DNA of 64,000 nt from contig JBLDXI010000002.1 in the NCBI GenBank assembly GCA_047495785.1, positions 124,001 through 188,000 of the forward strand. The letters run 5' to 3'. This document shows, piece after piece, positions 1-10,542 of the stretch (the stretch's first letter is position 1; the number at the start of each line of letters is the position of its first letter). A model generated the notes under the pieces. That model worked only from the letters and a program-made list of their open reading frames with translations. It ran no database searches and was not told the origin of the DNA. This stretch comes from Lepidodermella squamata. Taxonomy: Eukaryota; Animalia; Gastrotricha. The translations under genes were made by a program, and so were the position numbers.

Positions 1-387
1 GGAAAAAGACATATAATTAGCTCCGAAAATTGGAGTCAGCAATTTGCTTGCAAAAAAATGAGCTAATTTGAGGGACATATAGGAAAAGGAGCCTTCTCAA
101 AGTCGGATTGTGCGACAGCCAGGTAAAACGTATCAAATCCCTACTGAGCTATAGCTAAATGAAGGATGGGGAGATTACGTAAGTCAGCCTTGCTCCTGTA
201 CGTAACGTATTCATCAATTATGTGATGAAGAATGCTGATGATCTGCGAAAATCTGCGCCTTGATACTACTAATTGCTAAACGTGGAGAAACAAAATGCAA
301 CAATAAAACAGTAACAGTAACTTTAAGTAATAGTAGCTTAGCCAGTGAAGATTCTCGGCCAACATCGATTAAGACTACGCCTACTTC

Positions 388-670
388 ATGAAAATTCAGG
401 CGAGAATCGTGCACGATCGATCAGAAGTACGAATTCATTCGACTTTCAAACTCACCTCGTTTCAAAAGCAATGTCTCGGCCTGCTCAAGTGAAACTGAAA
501 TCAAACGACCAACGTTTCAGCTTTGAAAGAGAAAGATCCAGGAAATAGAAGCATTGACAAAAAAGGCGAACGTTTTCGATCGGTTCGCAAAATGCGCCGA
601 ATCCCAAGCGAAAATAAGAAACCCCGAGGTTCTTGGCCAAAAATGGAAAAAGAACTCTACAATTTGATGT
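388..670 (+). mobile_element. Degenerate pogo-like (Tc1/mariner superfamily) transposase N-terminal DNA-binding region
   Basis: Manual translation RRESCTIDQKYEFIR...NVSACSSETEIKRPTFQL*KRKIQEI, then a frameshift, then RKMRRIPSENKKPRGSWPKMEKELY. This resembles the Brinker/psq-type HTH followed by the CENP-B/Tc5 HTH of pogo transposases; in-frame stop where Trp is expected. Confidence 0.5.
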
Positions 671-1771
671 TGTGTTCTCAGCGCTGATAGATATCTTCAC
701 TGCCCTGAAGAGGCTAATGGTACTTTCAAAGCAAGAAGCAACTGGCTCTACAGGTCTACTGGTCTGCAGGTCTACAGGCGATGCTGGAAGTTGTCATGCC
801 GCGTTTCAACCTCCGTCGAGCAGAGAGTACCCGAATAGGGCCGCGACCCATCGTTTGATAAACGCTGCTGAAGGAGGACTAAAAATAAAACGTATTCATT
901 TAGCCATCATTAATATTGCACCTTTTATATATTAAATTCCAAATCTTAGAATTGGCCGCATATCTGGTCTAATGTGTTTGAGGATGCCAAGGTTTGCCTG
1001 GTTGGTGCCAAATCAATATCTTGAGCTCATGGAGTTACACTTATATATATCACACGCAAGCTAACATGTGACTTCCGATAAGTAGGAAATATGAACTTGC
1101 ATGCAATAACATGATTCGCATCAGTCACGACCACGCAATCTTTTTTGAGAGAAGTTGCTAAAGTATTTATTTAAGGAGTAAGCGCGGCATTTGACTTTAA
1201 TCATTCATTCTCTTTTTCAGATTGACGTCAATATTCGTTATGTAATTAACTCATAATTCAATTAAATGAGCGTTATAACCAGAATATCGCATTGCAATTT
1301 AATAAAGGTTAGAATTCGGTAACATTATGGGTTTTACTTTGGTCAGATTTGAAGGAAAGCTTAACCCTCCAGGGCCCACGAAATCGCGATTCTATGTGCG
1401 CGTATGCGCGCAAAGGCTTTATTCGTTGATTTGCGTGTTTACACCCCGACTTGGACGCGTAAATCGACCCAAAATCGTCATAAGGCATAAGGGTCCCCCT
1501 TTGGTCCTTGACTAAGTTTACCTTACGGAACGATGGAACTGGTAGGGATGATCCCTGCCATTCCTAGCGGTACTTCGCTCTGGCTTTCACCGATATCGAT
1601 AAATGACCGTTGCTGACTAAGAGGTCAAAAATTGGATCGACTGGCTGTTTTCTTGCCATGGAACGCCCTTTTGCCAACTAAACTCGACTTTTAGATGCTT
1701 TAACAGAAAAATCCCCCGATGACTGAGATTCGTAGTTTAATTTGAGCTTACGAAAGTTGTCATTTGTTATA

Positions 1772-1969
1772 CCGTATTACCGCGCTTTGAGTGTCATGCC
1801 ACTATGAAGTGAAACATGGTTTTTTACCCCTTATCGATTACCTCGATTATAGTGGCACCTAATGTTTTGCATTGAAATTTAATCTGGCATGTCACTATAA
1901 ACGGGGCATAGTGACATGTCACTGTAAAACGAGCTCTAGTGGCATGACACTCAAAGCGCGGTAATACGG
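1772..1969. mobile_element. Non-autonomous Tc1/mariner-type MITE (~198 bp)
   Basis: 33-bp perfect TIR CCGTATTACCGCGCTTTGAGTGTCATGCCACTA with TA on both sides (1770-1771, 1970-1971). Confidence 0.85.
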
Positions 1970-2052
1970 TAACAAATAAAATTTTGCAATCATTTCAACA
2001 TATTTCATATTTCTCATTTCTTTTTGAGGAGAAACAAACGTGGCTCCAGGAT

Positions 2053-4465
2053 TCAGGAGCTTGCCCCAAGGTTGGCACGAGATACTGGACGCTCCTTATT
2101 CGGCGGTAGGAATCCAGGGTAGATCCAAAACGCTGATAAAACTGCTGAAACGATGATGATAACAAATGAAAGAGCTTCCTGCTGTTTAATCGCGTCCGAC
2201 TGTACAGTTATGGCTATCAAAATTGAGGCCGGTAGAAGAGTACCTCCGGCGATAATAGCGAGACAGCATGGTACGAATTCATGACAGCTGGCCGGTATTC
2301 CTTTTATCTGTCTCAGCCGGAATGCATATAGCGAAGCGATGGCTATCAGGACAAATTCAATAGCTGCTACAGCTCCCAGTAAAGACCATCCAATTTCAGG
2401 TTTCATCATCGCACATTGGACAAGCCAAACTTCAATCAGAGCGTCCAATTTGTCGTCGTAAGTCGGTTGAGATGCTAGCTCATAGGCGCAGATCATGCCA
2501 TTGCTTACGGACCAGCCTATTAAGATGCCTAGGTTGACGACAGTGACTGAAATCGCTCTTGCAATCGCCTGTTTATCAAACGTTTTCCAAATCTGATTAG
2601 GAAATGACAAGACCAATTTTGGATACATGGCAAGATTTGTTGAGGAACTCTTCTTATGCAATTCACCTGAGTTCTGAAAAGCACTCGAAGTTGCACCAAA
2701 AATTCCACTTTGAATCTGCAGCGAATGCTCTAGGATCGCTTTTTGGACAAAGAAGTTGATACTGATCAGCCGTGTGGCAATCAAGCTTGAGACAATAGAA
2801 ATTCCAATCCCGACCAAGAAGAAACACGCTGTTGCGAGTTGTGTGCTATCTAACGCCCGATCAATGATAAAAGCTCCAGCAGAAGTGTTCAATATCAAGC
2901 AGCCAGCAAGGCCGATAATTTTGGAAAATTTGAAGTGAACCCTTCTCGGTTTATCCAGGGCGATTGCTATTATTGAACTTGCTTGCATTATCGTTGTAAC
3001 AATAATGAGAAACCAGCATACTCCAAACGAAGTTGTCGAAACGTGTTGAACATTTTTGAGGACAAGGTGCCGATCTCGAGGAGGTGCTCCAAGTGGCCAG
3101 GTAATAGGTCGGAGAAATCGAAAATCGTAGCTATTGAGCGAAAACTCTGAAAGGTCTCTGTCCAGCTTTTGACGAATGTGAATCAAGTCTTTGATGCCAT
3201 CAGGTGTCCATTGAGCTACAACTTGTATGTCGCCCATAGGTGAGCCAGAGGAACTGTAGGCCGATGTTCCGATCCTCATTCCGATGAACTCGGATGATAG
3301 AACAGATTCATTTGCAACTTTAGCGACCAGCGAAGGGTTGGAGTGATAGTCGCGTAGAGTCAAGTTATACTCTGATTTCAGACGTACCTCAGTGTTATTG
3401 AAGGGCGAATATGGCTGTTGAAAATGAGTCGTAAACAGTGTATGCCGAGATGAGAGCCGCATCCGCAGTTGCAGGGGATGCCTTAATTTCCCTAAGTATG
3501 TAAGCTTCGTAATCAGCCGCATTGTCTCCGAACGAGGTCAATCGGCTGTAGTTATCTGGTTTACCAATGCTGCCGAAGTAATACGTTTGCCCAACTTGAG
3601 CTAACAACTCCTGTTTCGTGCAATCCTGGGCCTGAGTATTGTCGACGCTGACCGCTGTTATCATAGTGATGAAAACATAACGAGGTCCCCGCATTCCTTG
3701 TTTAGAGGCGAAGCACAGGAAGCGAATAACATGGTAACTACTAGTCACAGTCAATACGATCACCCTAGCACCTGAATCCCTGATAACATCCACGTCCTCT
3801 GCGGCTACGCTTGCAACAGTTACGTTGCCGAAAAACACCTGAAATGCCGCTATTTCGAAGCCATTTGCAACAGCCTGATCGTGGAGCAAAGTTCCAGTGA
3901 CATAATCATTTACGTTACCCATGAACGCCAATATAGCGATTTTGTTCCATTTACCGATATCACGGATAAATTTCAGTATGGTGATCGCCGTGGTTTTATA
4001 GGTGGGAACGCGCAGGTAGAGATTTTGATATAAATAGTGATCCGCGAGAAATGGGGCAGTGCATATCGGACTTATCGCGACTTGGTTGATATGGCTAATA
4101 AAGCGGCCCACAGCTCGACATCCATTGGATATAGCCGGGCCTACCATGATTGGAGATTGGTAACCATTGCGCTCTGTTCCGTCGAATTCTCGGCTGAAGA
4201 GAACAGTCTCTTTTACTGCATTCAAGCCGAGATACTCTTCACGGTGGACGAATTCGATGTGATAATCCGGCAGAATGTCGCTCCGATTGTTGGCGCGATC
4301 GATGACGAGTTGTACTGTTAGAAAAGCCGCGAGACTTCGTTTAGCCTCGATCTCTAGCACCGGAGTAACGAAAAGTATTTTCAAGCGATGAGGTTTGATT
4401 TGCGAGTTAACGACCAAAGCCATGGTAGCTATCGCAAGTACTATGAAATTATGCTTGGACCTCAT
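2053..4465 (-). pseudogene. GABA-B-like class C GPCR, array copy 1; frameshifted (pseudogene or sequence error)
   Basis: ORFs 3395-4471 and 2053-3522 together give a full paralog. Sequence agtgttATTgaaggg versus agtgttGTgaaggg in copy 2 shows one extra base at 3398/3399. ATG at 4465. Confidence 0.85.
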
Positions 4466-5653
4466 TCTCAAGGTTTTTGCATCTTGTTATGCTCAAAACT
4501 ATGGATGGTAAGGTGTGATTGATGGTGTGATATGTGTAATGTCTCTCTTAACTCATAACGGGAGTGACGCAGTCGTGAGCCTTACTACAATCTAATAAAC
4601 AGCATACATGACTTCCGTCAAGTTAGAAATTCGAATCCGGAATAACATTCGGCGTCAATAGCTTCTGCGGATACATCACGACTTATTTGAAAGGAGACAT
4701 GAAAATGTAGTGTCGAAATTTGAAACTCGGAATAGAAGTTTTTAGAATGATTTCTTAAGCGTTCAGCTAATGGATAATCTGGGCAGTTTACGTAGTAGTG
4801 TCCTCGAGCTGGGTGGTAATTTCGAACCCTCTGCGGTCTTTACAAGTTTTTATTGACTAGACCTCTAGAACTGGGGTAGAGTCCCGTATCAGGTTTTGGA
4901 AAAGTCAGAATGCGAAATCTCCCGAGATGAGCTTCTACTTATGCTATTAACGAAGGGAAAGACAACATAAAAAGTATTTTTATAAAAATAAGTCGATTCA
5001 GGCTAAAAGTAGAGAATACTTTGTTGCTGACCAAATTCTTCCAGGTCTTTTGATGGTGGAAACGAGAGTTCAGTTGTAGAAAAACTTGCTATCGGACGAA
5101 CCATCCACAAAGTAGTTTCGGCAAGCTCCTCTTCGAATTGCTTTGTCGTCATCAACAACTAGTATTTTCTATGTTTATTAGGAAATTAGAACTGAATTAA
5201 AAACAGTTAGTATTCGTTTGGATGAATGACAACAACTTCTTCATCACGAATAACTTTTGGAGTACCATTATCCATTATTTTGGGATTACCTAATTTCGGT
5301 CCCTGCTGAACATTCTTCCGTTCAGTGTTCAGTCAATCGTGCAAGATAAGGCTTCTTGATTCCTGCATTCTGAGACTTCTGCTAATTCACCTGGTAGTTC
5401 TGGCAGTTTTCCACTGGGATTAGGATTAGGATCGCGTAAGTTCAAGAAAAGGAGTTCGAAGAAAACGAAAATGTCAGACCACTTATAGCTGATTGCCTTT
5501 GTTATTCGGCAGATTTGAGGAAACTCTTAGATGTTGGGTAGTATTTGGATGGATTAGCAGGGTATTTCTCTATTTTGAGAATTTTGTAAGAAAAATTCGC
5601 AACACAATGCGTTCAAGCGGGTTTTATTTTGTAACTTATATGCACAGATTGTC

Positions 5654-8056
5654 TTACTCAAGGTTGGCCGCAGATACAGGACGCTGATTCTTCGGCGCTA
5701 GGAACCCAGGGTAGATCCAAAACGCTGATAAAATACCTGAAAAGCTGATGATAACAAACGCAAGAGCTTCCTGCTGTTTAATCGCGTCGTACTGCACTGT
5801 AATGGCGATTAAAATTGAAGCTGGCAAGAGCGTACCTCCTGCGATGACTGCGAGACAACTAGGTAGGAATTCATGGCATCTAGCCGGTATTCCTTTTACT
5901 TGTCTCAGTCGGAATGCAAATAGTGAAGCGATGGCTATCAGTAGGAATTCAATAACTGCCACAGCTCCCAGGAGAGACCATCCGAGCGCAGGTTTCATCA
6001 TCGCACATTGGACGAGCCACACTTCAATCATAGCGTCCAACTTATCATCGTACGTCGGTTGTGATGCTAGCTCATAGGCACAGATCATGCCATTGCTAAC
6101 TAACCAGGCTACCAAGATGCCCAGATTGACAAAGGCGACTGAAATCGATCCGATACTTGTCTGTTTATCAAATGTTTTCCAAATCGTTCTCGGGAAAGAC
6201 AGCACCCATTTTGAATACATTGAATAGCCTGGTGATGCACTCTTCTTGTTCGAATCCCCTGAATTCCCGAAAGGGCTTGGAGGCGCACCGAAATTCCGAC
6301 TTTGAATTTGCAACGAATGTTCTAGGATCGCATTTTGAACAAAGACGCTGATGCTGATCAACCGAATGGCTATCAAACTGAGGACAATAGAAATTCCGAT
6401 CCCGAGCAGGAAATAGCAAGCTGTTGCCAGACCTGCGCTATCCAACCCTCTATCAATGGTAAAAGCCCCTGATGATGCATTCAGTATCAGACACCCAACC
6501 AGGCCGATAATTTTGGAAATTTTAAAGTAAACCTTTCTCGGCTTATTCAGAGTGATTGCTATTATTGAACCTGCTTGAGTTAATGTGAAAGCGATGATCA
6601 GAAACCAGCAAACACCAAGAGAAGTTATCGAAACGTGTTCAACATTTCTGAGAACAAGATGCCGATCTCGAGGAGGGGCTCCAAGCGGCCACGTAATAGG
6701 TCGGAGAAATCGAAAATCGTAACTATCAAGCGAGAACTCCGAGAGGCTTCTGTTTAGCTTCTGACGGATGTGAATCAAGTCTTTGAGACCATCCGGAGTC
6801 CATTGAGTGACTGTTTGTATGTCGCCTAATGTTGACCCTGTGGAACTGAAGGCCGACCTTCCGATCCTCATGCCGATGAACTCAGATGATAGAACCGATT
6901 CATTTGCAATTCTAGCGACGAGTGAAGAGTTAGAATAGTAGTCGCGGAGGGTCAAGTTATATTCGGACTTCAGACGCAGCTCAGTGTTGTGAAGGGCGAA
7001 GAACGCAGTTAAGAACGCGTCGTAAGCGGCGTAAGATGTGATCAGAGACGAATCTGCAGTCGCAGGAGTTGCGTTTATACCCTTGATTATGTAAGCCTCG
7101 TAATCAGCCGCATTGTCCCCAAGTGAGGTCAATCGACTGTAATTGTCTGGCTTGCTAATGTAGCCGAAGTAATACGTTTGTCTAATCTGGGCTAACAACT
7201 CCTGCTGCGAGCAATCTTGGGCCATAGTGTTATCGACGCTGATCGCAGTTATCATAGCGATGAAAACAAAACGAGGTCCACGCATTCCTTGTTTGTAGGC
7301 GAAGCATAAAAATCGGACAACATGGAAGTTACCAGTTATTGTCATCACAATCACCCTGGCTCCTGAATTTGTTATAACAGCAACGTCTTCCGGAGTTACA
7401 CTCGCAACCGTCACATTACCGAAAAACACGTGAAATGCAGCTATTTCGAAGCCATTCGCAACGGCCTGGTCATGGAGCAATGTTGCAGTTCCATAGTCAT
7501 TCGCATTCCCCATGAACGCCGTGAGCGCTATTCTGTTCCATTTCCCGATATCGCGGATGAATTTCAGGATCGTTATCGCTGTTGTTTTATAGGTAGGCAA
7601 TCGCAGGTAGAGATTGGGAAATAAATAGTGATCCGCGAGGAACGGGGCAGTGCATAACGGACTTATCGCTACCTGGTTGTTGAACCCGACGATTCGACCT
7701 AGAGCGCGACATCCAGTGGACTGAGCCGGGCCTACGATTATTGGAGATTGGTAACCATTCCGCCCTGTTCCGTCGAACTCGCGGCTGAAGAGAATTGTCT
7801 CCTTTACTGCATTCAAGCCGAGATACTCTTCACGGTGGACGAATTCGATGTGATAATCCGGCAGAATGTCGCTTCGATTGTTGACGCGATCGATGGCGAG
7901 CTGAACTGTTTGAAAAGACGCAGCAACTCGCTTTGCCTCGATTTCTAGTACCGGAGCGAGGAATGGTATTTTCAAGCGATGCGGCTTCGTTAGCGAATCG
8001 GCAGCTAAAACCATTGCAGCTACCGTGAGTGAAACGAAATTCAGTCTGGTAAGCAT
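5654..8056 (-). CDS. GABA-B-like class C GPCR (Venus-flytrap/ANF-receptor domain + 7TM), copy 2, intronless
   Basis: Signal peptide from ATG 8056 (MLTRLNFVSLTVAAMVLAADS); VFT hallmarks LAIDRVNNRSDILPDY, IVGPAQS, ISPLCTAPFLAD, KWNRIA; stalk ITWPLGAPPRD like GABA-B W.G..PP.D; no cysteine-rich domain; seven hydrophobic segments ending WIYPGF. Confidence 0.88.
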   Translation of the reverse strand: MLTRLNFVSLTVAAMVLAADSLTKPHRLKIPFLAPVLEIEAKRVAASFQTVQLAIDRVNNRSDILPDYHIEFVHREEYLGLNAVKETILFSREFDGTGRNGYQSPIIVGPAQSTGCRALGRIVGFNNQVAISPLCTAPFLADHYLFPNLYLRLPTYKTTAITILKFIRDIGKWNRIALTAFMGNANDYGTATLLHDQAVANGFEIAAFHVFFGNVTVASVTPEDVAVITNSGARVIVMTITGNFHVVRFLCFAYKQGMRGPRFVFIAMITAISVDNTMAQDCSQQELLAQIRQTYYFGYISKPDNYSRLTSLGDNAADYEAYIIKGINATPATADSSLITSYAAYDAFLTAFFALHNTELRLKSEYNLTLRDYYSNSSLVARIANESVLSSEFIGMRIGRSAFSSTGSTLGDIQTVTQWTPDGLKDLIHIRQKLNRSLSEFSLDSYDFRFLRPITWPLGAPPRDRHLVLRNVEHVSITSLGVCWFLIIAFTLTQAGSIIAITLNKPRKVYFKISKIIGLVGCLILNASSGAFTIDRGLDSAGLATACYFLLGIGISIVLSLIAIRLISISVFVQNAILEHSLQIQSRNFGAPPSPFGNSGDSNKKSASPGYSMYSKWVLSFPRTIWKTFDKQTSIGSISVAFVNLGILVAWLVSNGMICAYELASQPTYDDKLDAMIEVWLVQCAMMKPALGWSLLGAVAVIEFLLIAIASLFAFRLRQVKGIPARCHEFLPSCLAVIAGGTLLPASILIAITVQYDAIKQQEALAFVIISFSGILSAFWIYPGFLAPKNQRPVSAANLE

Positions 8057-10542
8057 TCTCAGTGGTTTGTTATTGTGCTTCTCGAAAAATATAAAGATTT
8101 TGTCAAACGTGATTGCCAGACTATTAACTTGAGGGCACAGAGTCACTCAAATTTTGCAAACTTGTGAAAAAGCGGAAATATGAAGTTTTCCGGGATAGCA
8201 TCAGCCGCCGCGAAGTCGGCGTTGATCTTCGATAGAGGGCATTCCACTGTTTTGAAGAAGAAGAAATGGCGGTAATGGCGCAACTTGATACTTCCCGGGA
8301 GAATCTAGAGTGCTTTCTCTACATCTGAGCACGACTATACTGAAACTTCTATGGCTCACCATCTTCTCCCAACGGTTTTTTTTCGATTGATTTCAATGTA
8401 TAAAAGTCTGCATTTTACAGGCTCCATGGATTCTCAATCCTCTTTCCTCGAAAATTGTGTGCAATCTTGCTGGCTTTAGCCGTGTTAAGCCGTGTTTCGA
8501 ATATAAGCTATTCGACAGAAGGCATCACTTACTCGAAACGCCGTGCAGTTGAAAATGAAAAATCCTCGTTGCATACTTTGATTGATCTTCTTGCAACAAA
8601 ATGCTCCAGGGGAAACAATTCATCTTAGACGAAGGATTTTGAAGAGGGTAGTCAATAGTGAAACCAGCTGATAGACTGCTGCCGCTTCAAAGTAAAAGTT
8701 TTTGGATAGCGGTGAAATGCTAAATGAGGATGACTCTCTTCGGCGTTCGGTCGTTCTATTTCTTTCCTCGATTGCTCACAATTGACGACGTTCAACCACG
8801 TTGTACAGCTCAGCGAAGTTTTTTCCAGGTCAAACAACTTAAGACTTCAAAACGGAGCGTGTTGATATCAACAACCCCTAAACCTATTGCGCGAAGTAAA
8901 AGGGGGATAAAAGGGTATTGCACCTCCGGTTCGCTAACCCCGAAAAACCCACAGAAAGGGCCATTTGGTTATGAAATGTGGGCCCATAAATGTCCCCTAC
9001 CACCTATTCTGCACCCAGACACTACAAGTTATCTTTCTGAGGAGACAAACGATTAACGATGCCAAGATCTTGCTTGGTTGATGCCAAATTATTCTCGAGC
9101 CCATAGAGTTGTAACATTACACTTAAAGATATCACGCATATCAACATTTCCGACAGGTGGGAAATGAGAACTTAGACGCAATATAAACATTTTGCACATT
9201 ACATCGTCATAGTTGTGAATCAATGAGGCTAAGAAAAAGCCAGCAGTTCCTGCGAATTGCTCCCCTTCCTGTGATTTGTTTGCAATCTTTAACGATTTTA
9301 ACGATCGCTGAATTGCCTTCTGCCTCAGTTTTTTCTGAGTTGACTCTATCAGAATGATACGGGAAAAGCAAAGATTTTTCTGAATGAGAAAAACGATTTT
9401 CCGTCATTTTCTTGACTTCGCTTTTGGTAGGTAACATGAAAATATTCCAGAATTGGAAAACTTATGAACGTTACCTCATGATCATGGTTTCAGGTATGAA
9501 AAACTAGTTTCAGCGTAATAATACGATTAATAGGGCCGCCAACCAGATAGTGCCCAGGGGCAACCATAATGTTAATGCGGCCCTGGGTATATACTGTTAC
9601 AAAGGTCCCCTCATGAAGAATTCGGGTGTGTAAAATTAATTGCTATCCGACGTAGTGATACGGTACCAACGGGACGAGACTCCAATTTTTCTTAATGTAA
9701 TAGGCGCATGCGCAAAAAGGCTCTCGCGATTTTTGACGATCATGAATTTTTGGACGGTTTTTTGCGTCCAGAAAGATTTTAATGCACAGTATTAGTCCCG
9801 GGAGTTTATGTGCAGGTACCGATTCAGAGGTTGCTTCTGATTCCGGCCCTTCCGGCAATAATGAGTGCACATCAGCTGGTGAAGCTCTCGTTTGATGCTC
9901 TAAAAAAAGTTTTCCACGTCTAGATTTTTTACCCTTTTTTACTTTGAATTGCTATATTTGTACACATTGGTATATTTTGTTGCCTGTCTACATAAGACAG
10001 TTTCATCTCTAGTACATCGGCCTCGTGGACTTATAAACTATTAGTACAGAAAAATTCGATTCATTACAAGATCGCTTGAATCAATAATGCAAAACCATAT
10101 CTTAGGTCAAACTTTAAGGTGGAAAATGCGTGAATCGAAAAAACGATGCCAGAGGACGGTGAGCGTAATACATGAATGGAGCCGTAGATGTTCTGTCGTG
10201 TTCAGAGCTGAAGAAAGCACTCTAAAATATTCCCCTTACGTTTCGAGTTTCGACATTACCTTCTTCTTTCCCCTGTCTTTTTTTTAAGTGCATCGAATGG
10301 GTGGTGGTTATGATTGCGCTGTCTCGGTACCGACTTCTTCGACGCCGTAATGCTTTTCCGGGGTCATATTTCCCATTTGTCGGAAGTAATGTTGTTGTTG
10401 TATCTTTAACAATACTGCGCAGCGTGACTTCATGCCCTAGGTATGATATTTTGACCATCAAAACTACGCCTCTGCAGTGACAATAACAATATTCCAGCCA
10501 TTTAATTTTCGGAGAAGGCAAAGATATAAAATTCTGAGAAAT

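Noticed and set aside
8057-8146. N-terminal extensions of copies 2, 3 and 5 in the ORF track
   Set aside because: They rely on GTG/TTG starts; paralog alignment places the true ATG at the signal peptide.
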